A DNA stretch of 64,000 nt from Schizochytrium sp. TIO01 (Eukaryota; Protista; Bigyra: Labyrinthulomycetes), in assembly GCA_004764695.1 (NCBI GenBank), contig SMSO01000031.1, positions 2,952,436 to 3,016,435 on the forward strand, in the 5' to 3' direction. The notes beneath the pieces were generated by a model that worked only from the letters and a program-made list of their open reading frames with translations, was not told where the DNA came from and did no database searches. This document shows positions 48,424 to 59,700 of this stretch, one piece after another. The translations under genes were made by a program, and so were the position numbers. How positions within the stretch are numbered: position 1 is the first letter of the stretch; the number at the start of each line of letters is the position of its first letter.

Positions 48424-51400
48424 TTTTTCGTACGTTCTTTTGCTATATTCCCAGCTTTCTGGCCCAACGCAAAAGATTGATGATCCGTCACTTCAACGTC
48501 CAGGTGCTGCCAAGTCTTCAAGCAGCTTGAAGGAGCTATTCAATTCTAACAGCGAAGATGCGCGCGGGCCACTAGCTTTTTTCCGACTTTGCTCACCAGA
48601 GCAAAGAGTTGCTTCTGATTGTCTGCGAGAACCTGCCAGACCGACCTTGCATATTTTATCCATAATATATAATAATATGATATGATTTTATAACCAGGAA
48701 ACCAATTCCTACCAGATTTAATAGGCCCAGTCTTGTCGAATCGTGCAATATGACTTAGGCTCAACTGATTCGAATATCTTAATCTTATAGAAAGACTTTG
48801 GAGAAGGCCGACTACCTCGTCTGGGATGCGTTGTCGTTATTTGAGTATTCTAGAGAGAACTTTGATTCATTCACTTCATGAAGTCGGGCGCGTTTGGCAA
48901 GGTATATTAACACCAGCAAGACCATCTTCTCGGCTGTCGTTCTGTTTGATGTCTAACTTCACGAAACACAAGCACTATTGTAGTTAATACTTACCAACCG
49001 ATATAGTTTGCATTCAAACAAAAGATATTAATATAGCTCAAGTCTGTACTCCTGTCATTGATGAAGAGAAAAACACAAACATCGACAGAACAGGGTAATT
49101 CATCAGTCGCTGTTTTGGGAAGCGGGGAAGAAGAACCATGTCTGGTGATAACGTAGAAAAGAATATGTGTATACCTGACTCAGGATAAGGACTCACTGAC
49201 GGCTGTCAAAATATGGGACATTCCTTTGCGTTTTTATTGCCAATTAGTGAATTCTTACCAGTCAGAGGCTATTTCGATTATGTTTTGCTTAGATTTAAAC
49301 TCAATTTAAACCATGTATCTTCAAACAGTACACGGAAGCTACTGAAGTGAAGTATATATATAAAAGAGAACATCGCGCTTGAGGTAAAATACCTTTCGGG
49401 GAGTTTTGAAGGGGGTTATTATTTGGATTCATGAAGGAAATATCAAGGGCCCACTTTAAAATTAAAGATATTTCCCTAGTCATAGGCTTATGCTGATAAA
49501 CGTGGTATCTCCTTTCTCCAGCTAGTGAGAGATTTAGATCTGATGGCATCCTAGAAAAGACGAAAGTGCGTTCTCTTTCAGATCGATTTTATTCACTCGA
49601 CAACTTTACAAGAGCAAATTCAAATTCAACTGTGACTGTATGACTTGGACTGACCTGAAACACGTAGGTTTTATCAGTTTGATTAAACTTCAGCGAGAGC
49701 ATCATCACTCCACTTCATGGCTCTCTCTGCATTCTCTTAAAAGATAAATAAAAATTGTTCCTTGCATTTCGTTGGATCCATCATCCAGAATTGACTGTCT
49801 TGCGGAGCTTTACCCTGGAAAACTGAGCTAGTGTTAAGGTTACTGTCATTCAACGAAATTCACCAGTACCTACTTGGATCTTTTGATTCGACCCAGCCAG
49901 CAACTTCCGTGCGAAGGAGGCCAATTCTATGATTTTCCAATATCGATTTATCCGGTAACAGATAGGGTGACACCAACAACAACTTCCTCCATCCAATAAA
50001 GCACCAATCATCACCAGTTGACGCTTTCGTGTAGTTTGAACCTCAAGCAGGGCCACTTGCGATACGAATGCCAATATATGCAAGTCTTAGCCGTCACGAA
50101 TATATTGAATCATTACAACCCTGCGCTCTCTGCATCGCGATCAATACCTAGCTAGGCAGAGGGAAGAGCTTCCTAAATTCTCCGAGCGCGTCATGTTCTC
50201 ATTCAGAGGCTTCCCCTCCTTCCTCACATAAAATTGAAACCTAATTTCCCTCCCACTCTCGGATATACTTTACTTTCCTTTTTTATCCGAGTGGCGGGTT
50301 TCTATAGAACTGCTTTGCCCTCTGAAAGTACGCCTCTTCTGTCTGAGGAACCCCAGGTTCTTTAGTCCACCTGCGTCTCTTTGCCCACTGTCCGATATTC
50401 TCAAATTTACTGCAGTGTATCTGGTGGGAATTGTTCTCCAGTGACGATGAGAGATGAGCTTTTGTCTCAGTGGTCCTCACAAGCGACGACTCAATCTGCG
50501 TCCATGAACAAGATAAGTCAATCTACTGGTATCATATGAAAGAAAGATTAGAGAAAGAAAAAGCGAAGAAGTAAAGGGAAGAGAGAAAAGGACAGCGCGA
50601 CGACACGAAGTTTTAATCATGAAACGAAGAAAGATCGAGGGCTCTGCGAAGAACCGACAACTTCAATAGACGAGCGCAGAGGGAACAGAGGGCCTTCCCT
50701 GATCAGCTGCTTGGCTTTCTACCATCCGATACTCTGCTCTTAGGCTGACTTTCTCAGCCAGAGACTCAGGCCTCATAAGAAGAATGATAACTTTTTTTAT
50801 TTATTATCACTATCAATTCAATCAATTATTCATCAAGTCCCTGGAAGCTAGTAGATAGATAGTAACTACTATAGAATTATGATTTCTTAGGCCGAGATAT
50901 ATTATATATATCCATCAAACGAATTGAAAGAAAGAGAAAGAGAGATGGACGAAGCCGAGGCCAGTTCTTCATTCTCCACCCTCCCGACTCACTCGATCCG
51001 CACGTGGACAGTTTAACCCGTACGTTTGGACACAGCGTGAGCAATCGCCCTCGGTGTATTGAAGGCACGCAGAAGGACTACGCGAACACCTTTGGTAGTC
51101 TGTGACTTGAAAGTCCTCTGCGCGTTCGCCGACTCATCGGCGGACCTCTCTGGTTTTGCGCAAGGATAGAGAAACAAAGGATCATATGGATTTTATATAT
51201 GGCTTATATGGAGAAGCAAAGCAGCCAAAGTCAAAGCCAAGCGAGTCATCCGCCAGGAATGCGGACAGGCTTGACGGAGACGTGTCTTTCGAGATAGGCC
51301 AGCTTGCTTGACTAAGGTTTCCTTAATTGCGGAGTGAAACTGGAGAAGACTTTTTGTTTCTGGGACCTGAAGACTGACGTGGAGCTTTTAACTTTTGTTT

Positions 51401-52120
51401 TTGTTTGCCTTCCGTGTTCTTTTATCGTTGTTCTTTTGCTGCTTTCTTTGGTTGCTGGTATTGGGATTTCATCTCTGTTTGCCTGTTTTCTCTGGTTTGG
51501 TCTATGGTTTGCCCTCCTTTGGCTGCTTCTCTGACGACCATCGTGGTCTGCTGTTATACTCCAACCGTATCGGCCTGCTCTGGCGCTTTTCTGACTTCTT
51601 CTACTTTGCTTCCTTCTCTGTTCTTGATTTTCTTTATTTCTGCTCGTTGACTACGCTCTTATTACTTTTTACTCCTTCGCTTTATTTCCTGTCGTGAATC
51701 ACTTCGCTGTTAATTTTCCCTCTGTGTTGGCGCTATGCTTTATTTTTTCGACGCTAATAATACCATGGGACATCTGTGCGATGCTTACTGCGACTCACCA
51801 TTTGGTCGGCCGCAATCGATGGGCCGTGATGTTATTGATTACCATCTTTTTGGATGTTGGTTTTTGCTGTGCTTTTTACCCCATTGTATCTTTTCTTTTG
51901 CTCTTGTCGTCTGTGACTCTCACGATGGGGTGAAATTAAATGAAATGAAATACCGATGGATGGATGAATGTATTATCTGCATGGGCAAGCAAACCCATAT
52001 TGCGGAAACAATCTGTTCCGGCAGAAAGTATACAAGCCAAGGCCCAGCCCTTCACGCAAACAAGTCACCAAGCAAGTCAAGCATCTCTCGTACCAGCGTC
52101 TGAGTTGTCGCTAAAGCAAG

Positions 52121-53014
52121 ATGAGCAGCGCTCTTCCTCAGGTGGACCCCGTGGACGCTCCTAAGCCTCCCCAGGGGGACTCTAGCTCTTCCACGGCATC
52201 TTCAATGATGAGTGATCTCAAGAAAACTGCCTCGGATGCCGCTTCAAGCGTGGGAAAGCCCACCTCTGGTGCCTTTGACAAGATCACCGGTCACTCCGCT
52301 TTCAAGGAGCAGGTCCTCGAGCTGCAGCGTTGGGACCAGCCGTTTAACTCGGCCCTCGTCGTCGCTGCTGTCACCTTCGTTTTCGTCATGACTCAGGGAG
52401 AGGAAGCATACTCCCCTATCAACCTGCTCTGTTATGTCCTTATGATCCGCCTGGGTCTCGTAACATCCTGCCGCTACGCACTCTCCGCCACAGAGGGTCC
52501 GGAGAAGCTCCGCTCGCTCCGCAAGGCACTCACCAACCTTTGTGACGGCCTTGAGAAATGGCTTCCAATTCCGGACCAAAAGCAAGTTGCCAATGTCATT
52601 GGCGGCTCTGCCAGTCTCCTCGAGGCTAAGGTCAACGGTGCCTGCAAGTCCATGGACGAGGCTACTAAGCCAACCGCTGCTGGATGGAAATCTTTTAAGG
52701 TTGTGCTTGCTCACCTTGCCGGCGCGATCGTCGTCTTCAAGATCTTTACCCTGTACACTCTGGTGTACCTGACCTTCATGCACCAGATGCTTTGGCCTGC
52801 ACTCTACCAACGCAACCAGGAGAAGATTGATGAGGTTTCTGCCAAGGTCTGGACCCAGATTGAGCCCCACGTTGAGGCTGCCAAGGCCAAGATCCAAGAG
52901 ATTTATGTCAAGGTGGAGGCTATTGTATCTGAGAAGTTTCACGAGGTGAAGGATAAGCTCAACAACCGCGCTGCTAACAAGACCAGCCAGCCTACAGCCA
53001 ACAAGACTGAGTAA
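52121..53014 (+). CDS. Reticulon-domain ER-shaping protein
   Basis: LELQRWDQPFNSALVV start of the reticulon domain, two long hydrophobic segments, TLYTLVYL..WPALYQRNQEKIDE followed by an amphipathic helix; strong C/G-ending codon bias. Confidence 0.85.
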   Translation: MSSALPQVDPVDAPKPPQGDSSSSTASSMMSDLKKTASDAASSVGKPTSGAFDKITGHSAFKEQVLELQRWDQPFNSALVVAAVTFVFVMTQGEEAYSPINLLCYVLMIRLGLVTSCRYALSATEGPEKLRSLRKALTNLCDGLEKWLPIPDQKQVANVIGGSASLLEAKVNGACKSMDEATKPTAAGWKSFKVVLAHLAGAIVVFKIFTLYTLVYLTFMHQMLWPALYQRNQEKIDEVSAKVWTQIEPHVEAAKAKIQEIYVKVEAIVSEKFHEVKDKLNNRAANKTSQPTANKTE

Positions 53015-53693
53015 AGCTTCTTCACACGACTCTGTAATGCTAATAAAGCTTGAAAAGCTCTTGTGCCCTGTCTGTTTCTCTCTTTTCTACTCTTCATCGT
53101 CTCAGCAGTCATGCACCCTCACCTTTCCACTATACAGCTTCTTTTTGCGCTCTCGTAGGTGCTGCAAGACTTCACATACCTTTCTTTCCTTTGGGGTGCA
53201 TAATTACATGTGCTGCCAAGTTGACTTTGAAAATCTACTTACTATACCTTCATGACCTACTTTTCAGAAGGCACAGCATATACATAAAAGAATATGAATT
53301 TCATTTTTCTTCAATTGTTATTAATTCTTGCCATCACTGCGTTGTAAGAAAAAGTTCAAATATTCCCCCGTTTGTTGTTGTCAAGTTTTTCAATAACAAT
53401 TTTGAATCATTAAAAGTATTCTCATTTGGTTTATTTCGTTCTTCAACCTAGTGAAACAAAGCTCGACAAGAATGTTGGACTAAATATCTGAAAGGCGTCA
53501 TTTAAACTTAGGGCGATCCGAATTGGGGATGAGAACAGGTCTTATGTTGACAAGGGAAACATAAATCGCATCTAGATAAAAGTGTTATTTTGAGTTGTTA
53601 TGTTAGCAAGTCCTAGCATTTGGCGCCAGGTGAGTAAAAAGATTATATGTTTGCAGAGTCGTGCCTACATTTGCTCTATGTTCCAGAGCATAA

Positions 53694-56600
53694 TTAATTG
53701 ATAAGCGACTTAGACTGTATGGCGCGTTCAATTTTATTCACGACTTGTGATTGTACCCGAACAAAATGCTCAAGTAAGGTCTGCTCAATATTGCGGCGAA
53801 GCAATTCAGGGCTCTCCTCAGCATCACCAGTGGGAGAGCTTTCTTGCTGCGTGTGACTTCCAGAACCCAATTTGGAAAAGAATTTCTTCTTATGCATCGG
53901 AGGGCTGCCGCTACCCGTGCTACCAGTTGCTGATGATGCTGCGGCCGCTTCTGTGGCGTTCATAAAGAGATGCATTGGCTGTGAACCATTGGAAGCAATC
54001 GCCAAGTGCATAGCACTTGCATCATTAAGACGGTTCGACAATGTTGAGTACGCGGTGGATTGCGGCAAAATCATCAGTAGACCATATAAAGTGCGTAATA
54101 ATGCAGGGCGGAAACTGCTTCCTGTATTAACAAGCTCCAGACGAAGATTGAGAAACGCCGGGGACTCAATTAACTGCACAAGCTTGTCGATTTCCATAAG
54201 GAATCCAACCGTAACATGAGTATCTGCCAAGCGTGTAACAAGCATACTAGAAAGGTGGTACGACTGAGCCAAAAGGCATAAGCTCAGAGTGGCAACAGGA
54301 TCAAAGCACCAGGTCTTGTAAAGAGTAATAAAAACCTGTTTGTCTTCTTGCATCATCTCCTTATCTTCACATACCTCCTCCCCGCAGCATAAGCGCCAGG
54401 ATCGTTTTAGGCGGGCCCGGAAAGCACCCAGTTCTGGTCCAGTAAGCAGAATTAAATTCAGAGTCTGAACCATGAGGTGAGCAAAATCCATGTCAGTTTC
54501 TTTGTCGACCTCTTTTGCCAGGATTAGATATACAGCACTAGGCTCTAAAAGGACGCAAAGCTTGCGAATAACAAAACTACCTCGACTATCGAAGAGTGCG
54601 CGATCCTCGCGGAAAACCTTCACAACCTGTCCTACAACTTGGTCCATGCGACTCGTGTTTCGAGCAATACGTGCCAATACTTCGAGGTCCTGCACAACAA
54701 GATCATCGGACGGGTCTGATAGAGCAGTAAGCATTGCCGGGGTCAGACGCTCAAGGTGCTCCATCATTTCAGCAGGGTACTTATCGAGTAGCATGAGAAT
54801 CCAGGTCAACGCCGCCATACGTGTGGGCAAAGGGATTACAACCACGGACGAAATAGGTCCATCGCCATTACCATTATTTCCAGATCCCAGACCGAGAATA
54901 ACATCATTGCCGGCCCCATCGGCCCCATTACCGCTATCATTCCCTGCGTTGACGCCTCGACGAGCAGCTGCGGATCCAATAGAAAGCTTCTCAGTCACAA
55001 CGGAGATAAGTGGACGAAGGTTAAATTCGTTCGTCCCTGATCGAACAAGATCGAGGATGGACGTATGCGCTTTGTCTGCAACAGTTTTGATGTCAGCTTC
55101 AGAGTCACTCAAGCAATTTAATAAAACACCTGCGATGCTGGCGTAGGCTGGAGTAAGTCGTTCCTTGAAAATTTCAAGGAACTGCTGAATCCACATGACT
55201 GCTGTAAGCCGATTGAATTTCTGAGCACTCGCGCATTGATGAGTAAGGATGGAAACAATTGCAAGAATAATTTCTTCCTCAAAGTTTTCGCTATCGGTTT
55301 GCTGGATCTCGGCCAGGAAGCGACCTAGGGCCTTGTCTGCCTGAAGCCTGATTTCTCTTTTTTGGTCGCTCAGCATGTTAAAGATGCCCTCAAGAACCTT
55401 GGGAAGGTGACTCAGGAAATCAATTTCAGGTACTGAATCCAATGCCAAGATCCACCCAATGAGAAACTGACGCGTGTATGGGTTCGATTTGACAAGGTGT
55501 TTCTCCAGCAAAGGCACAAAAGTGTCAACTTGAAAGGTATCACTGTTCTCCGTGACAATCTCCTTCATGAGCCGGTCGAGAAGCTGAGCGCCATTTTTCA
55601 CGTCAACATCAAGATCCGTAAAAAGGCGAAAGAGCCCATCGAAAAGAGCATTGAAGTAAGCTAGAACGTGTTTACGCGCAACTTTGGCAACGTTGTAGAG
55701 CGCTTCACAGGCATAGTATCTCACACGTGCTTCTGGGTCATCAAAACATTTTAAGATGGGTGGCAGCAAGTACTGAAGATACTTGGGTGTATTGACTGGC
55801 CCAAGTCCCAGCGCGACTGCAGCTAAGCCAATGAGTCCTCCTTTACGCTGGCTACTGTTCATGGAGCATGCGTAGTCCATGGTAAGGATATTAATCAAGG
55901 TAATAACATACTCGGTGCCACCCTGCTCCGTTGAATTTGGAGCTGTCTTCTCGCGAACAATACGCTCAATCTCAATAGCTCCAGCTTTGCGTTTCTCATA
56001 AGATCTGTCACTCAATCCACGAACCACGCCAGGAGGCAAGCTCACCCTCACAAAGATCGGCTTGTTCAACTGTTGTTGTTGACTTGCCTGAGTTTGTGTT
56101 TGTGTTTGGGCTTGAGCTTGGGCTTGGGTTTGGGTTTGAGTGGGATTTGGTGTTGCACTTGCAGAAGGAGATGCTTGCTCGTTCGCAGCCGCATCTTTCT
56201 TTGGTGCTGCCCCTTCCTCGGACACTATCTGCGGCGTTGATGTCCTCGGCACAGGCGAGGATGCCGGCGACGGTGGTGCGGGGGAAGCTTGTGCAGCATC
56301 CTCGCCGCGGGAGTCCGGCCGAACGGGGTGATCTGCGTCCATGGCGTTCGCAGGTATCGGCGTCGCGCTCGCGCTCGCTTGCGGAGTTGCGAAAATCAGG
56401 TTTTGAGCCTCGAGTTGGATCTCCACTTCGTACTCTCTCTTCGAATTATCGATCTTGCTACGATATTCATTACCAACACTAGGGCTCTTATCATCGTTAT
56501 TGCCAATATCATTTGAAGAAGCCTCTCGAAATGGGTTGTCCAAAAACCGAGATTGGAATTGGGATTGGGATCTGGATGCAAAACCGCAAGATTCTGGGTC

Positions 56601-56774
56601 TTCGTGCGCAGACCTCGCGTGGCCCGGAGCACTGGGGAATGTCAATGAGAGCACGCTGACCTCACTGGGGTTGTTTTGAAGAGATCTTGGCGAAGGGTCC
56701 TGTGCACTATCATCTGTTGTGTTGATTTCGCCGGATCTTGGCGATCCCGAGAGCCAGGAAACCCAGGACGACAT
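53694..56774 (-). CDS. VAC14: VAC14 homologue (scaffold of the PIKfyve/Fab1-Fig4 complex, HEAT repeats), single exon
   Basis: LSDRSYEKRKAGAIEIE, RKGGLIGLAA, CFDDPEARVRYYACEALYNVAKVAR, DVKNGAQLLDRLMKEIV, RGSFVIRKLC, MVQTLNLILLT, EIDKLVQLIESPAF.NLRL, LYGLLMILPQS are diagnostic VAC14 motifs. Confidence 0.97.
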   Translation of the reverse strand: MSSWVSWLSGSPRSGEINTTDDSAQDPSPRSLQNNPSEVSVLSLTFPSAPGHARSAHEDPESCGFASRSQSQFQSRFLDNPFREASSNDIGNNDDKSPSVGNEYRSKIDNSKREYEVEIQLEAQNLIFATPQASASATPIPANAMDADHPVRPDSRGEDAAQASPAPPSPASSPVPRTSTPQIVSEEGAAPKKDAAANEQASPSASATPNPTQTQTQAQAQAQTQTQTQASQQQQLNKPIFVRVSLPPGVVRGLSDRSYEKRKAGAIEIERIVREKTAPNSTEQGGTEYVITLINILTMDYACSMNSSQRKGGLIGLAAVALGLGPVNTPKYLQYLLPPILKCFDDPEARVRYYACEALYNVAKVARKHVLAYFNALFDGLFRLFTDLDVDVKNGAQLLDRLMKEIVTENSDTFQVDTFVPLLEKHLVKSNPYTRQFLIGWILALDSVPEIDFLSHLPKVLEGIFNMLSDQKREIRLQADKALGRFLAEIQQTDSENFEEEIILAIVSILTHQCASAQKFNRLTAVMWIQQFLEIFKERLTPAYASIAGVLLNCLSDSEADIKTVADKAHTSILDLVRSGTNEFNLRPLISVVTEKLSIGSAAARRGVNAGNDSGNGADGAGNDVILGLGSGNNGNGDGPISSVVVIPLPTRMAALTWILMLLDKYPAEMMEHLERLTPAMLTALSDPSDDLVVQDLEVLARIARNTSRMDQVVGQVVKVFREDRALFDSRGSFVIRKLCVLLEPSAVYLILAKEVDKETDMDFAHLMVQTLNLILLTGPELGAFRARLKRSWRLCCGEEVCEDKEMMQEDKQVFITLYKTWCFDPVATLSLCLLAQSYHLSSMLVTRLADTHVTVGFLMEIDKLVQLIESPAFLNLRLELVNTGSSFRPALLRTLYGLLMILPQSTAYSTLSNRLNDASAMHLAIASNGSQPMHLFMNATEAAAASSATGSTGSGSPPMHKKKFFSKLGSGSHTQQESSPTGDAEESPELLRRNIEQTLLEHFVRVQSQVVNKIERAIQSKSLIN

Positions 56775-59700
56775 GTCAGATCGTGGTGATCAGGGATCAC
56801 GCCGTGGCATTGACACCAGGTGATGACGGCTGCAGCAAAGACTCAGTCCGTGGTTCCAGAGGTTTGGAACACGCGTCGGCGGTGTGGATATGAGCTGGCT
56901 CAAAGACCAGCTCATGGAGCCGAAGCATTAGGAGTCTGCATGCAACGAAGCAGAGATTTGCCCTCTCTCGTTTCGCTACCAAAAAAACTACATCGAGAAC
57001 CTGAAGATCCTATCGTCTTCTACCTTGAGCTTCTTCTGTGCTACTTATTCTTAGCAGCTGCTCTGCTCGTTGGCAAACTCTTGGGTCCAAACCATCCGGC
57101 TCATCCATTGTGCAGGAACACTGGCACTTGCTGGAATGGATGGCAACCACGACGCGCAAATCCCAATTGGGGCTTCACCAATATACACGTTCTACGAGTG
57201 CCTCCTCAGTTGTTGACCTCGAAATGTCTTCAGGGACTTAATTGTGTAACCTACGGCGTCTTGAAGCTTCTTCAAGAGTCGAGTCACGCCGATTGATTAC
57301 GAACGGTAAAGCTCCTGTATGTACTATGTTGTTGAACATCTTATAGTGCAGGCTTGCTATCATCACATGAGGCCAAACTCGTGCGTTTCCAACTTCATCG
57401 AGGTGTATTTCCTTATCCCAAACTTTTCGAAAGCATTGACGCCGTACAAACGTAACGCCCAAGCTTGCCAGCAAGGCCAAGATGGTCGCCACGACGCTTT
57501 ATCCTTGCAAATTGAATATCATCCCTACCTACAAAGCTATTCAAGGAAAGAGCTGAGCAAGGATTCTATGATAGGGTTACTCATTGGATATTTATTTTTT
57601 CACTCCTGAACAAAATAGAACAGAATACTTTATTTTATTATTTTGTTTTATTTTATTCAACAAACCAATTATTCTACCTCTATATAGTTTTTACAATATC
57701 GGGTACTAAAAACCATTTCTGCCTACTGGTAATGGTATATCCTGCTGTTCATATTAGTTAGCCTCTTCGTCGACCCGGGTAGCAATGGCGTATGCGTAGG
57801 CAGGCAGTCCAGGCTTGGCCTGCTTACGCCTATACCACACGAATGCAGAAGGAAGGTCAATCGATCGACCGGTCAAAGAGGTTTTTGTATTTGATGTTAT
57901 TGTTACAAATAGCAACTACCTATCTGCAAAGTAATTAACTTTGCAAATAAACTAAAGGAAGGCGCAATCAATGTAATTAATGGATCTCGCTCGAGATTGG
58001 CCAACGCCCGCCAAAAATAAAACAATCCAACCAGTACCTAGGACCCACCTTCTCAAAATACTTTTCTTGTCACAATCTCGTCATCTACACCATCCTCAGT
58101 AAGATCCCAGTTTGCCAAAGCTGTTTCTGCCGACCTGATTTGAAGCGAGCCAAACCCAGTTTGTGACCGTGTGCACATAATTTATTTGAGCCCAAATTCC
58201 TAATCTAGAGGCCAAGTGAAACAGATTAAATGCAAGTAGGTAGCAGCTACCTTCTACCTCATTAGCTTTGGTCTCCAATGCCTGCAAATCATGACGCAAA
58301 TCTTTGGCGTGGATTGCGATGTGGATGTTACTTGCTGCACCAATGCGCTCATCCGCCAGCCAGCCCTCTGGGAGATCTCAATTCGAGAGATGGATGCCGT
58401 GGATAGATTAGATACCTAGATAACCTGTGAGCTCCCTGTTGCTATCTACCCTCTTCTGTGTTATTTATTGCGCGGCGCTTTTGACAGGGGATCCACCCAA
58501 CCCCAAATCCAATCAGCAGCTCAGTAAGTACGTAGCGTCATTCGATCTTGAAGTCTAAAATGCTTCCGCAACGTCGCCGCCACATTTGCACTTGTGGGTT
58601 TGCTCTGCCGCGACTGCAATCCTTAGGCACCTAGCTAGTACCTCCATAACTTTTCTTCTCTAGGGCAGAACACAGAGACTGACGATGAAGTAATTTGAAG
58701 CATCGCTCGAGTGAAATGAATGACGTGAAGAAACACCCAAGAAATTTGACGAGAAGCTCCACATACCAAGTAGGTACCTGCTACTCCGCTTGACCTCGAC
58801 CATTGAGACAATCATTTTGGGTGGCCACGAGATCAGGCACCGACTGATGGTTGGAGGTACCTCGCAAAGGTGCTCACATTACAGACAATGATTGAAAACT
58901 GCTGTGTCAGTGGTTTTCACCTTTTGCAAATTCTTTCGCAGTGCACAAATTGAAGAGAAGGTACAACCATCCTATCTATAGAAGAGCTATGGAAGCACAC
59001 CGTCGACTGTGAGTCGGGTCTTGGACTGCATTGTTTATTTCATTTCGGCAGCGACAAGCTCCAAAGGTCCTCCAAGCGTATTTGCAAAATCAGATTTAGC
59101 TGTTATCTTCAAAGTTCAACCTCATCCTTTTTTTCTTGATGCAACTGCTCATCGCTCTGCTGATTAGGCGCTCTTCCAATCGCTGAAGTGAGACTAATGG
59201 AGTTCCCAGCCCTGAGTTGCGTTCATAAATGTTTCTGGTTAAGTTTCGAGAATGCTTCAGTTTCAACAAGATTGCCTAACGCAGCACTGTATTTTGCTGC
59301 CTATGAATTGAAATCCTGTTCACAAAGCTGCCTGTTTGTAAATTAGCTCCCAGTCAAACGCCAGCTCTCTGTGCTCGTCGTAAAGGGTGGTCCCGCCAAG
59401 TCAAACCAGCATTCAACGAGCAGACGAAATGGACACATTTATCCCAAGGTCTTCCTTTCTTCGAGCAGCTGCTCGCCTTCTGGAGGCAGCAGGTACCGGC
59501 GTATCAAATAAACGTAAAGTCCGTCACGCCTTAACTCCCGTCGCAGCTCATGGCAGCTCAGACCCCAGATATCTTGGCGAAGGATCCAGGGCCTTGCAAT
59601 GCATGCTGCCAAAAAATGTGCTTTGCTTGCGCGACACCATTGTGGAGACAGCGTAAACAGCGGCGATCTCTCTCTCTATCTTAAAAATTAAAATCAATTA

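Noticed and set aside
51334-51933. Overlapping hydrophobic ORFs upstream of the reticulon gene
   Set aside because: T-rich low-complexity DNA yields Phe/Leu-rich translations in all frames; probably UTR or intron
52244-52942. 232-aa antisense ORF (also 54490-55146, 34637-35173 and 34591-35148)
   Set aside because: Shadow or alternative-frame ORFs overlapping real genes
56820-57609. Several 84-158 aa ORFs upstream of VAC14
   Set aside because: No motifs, mutually overlapping, mostly non-ATG starts
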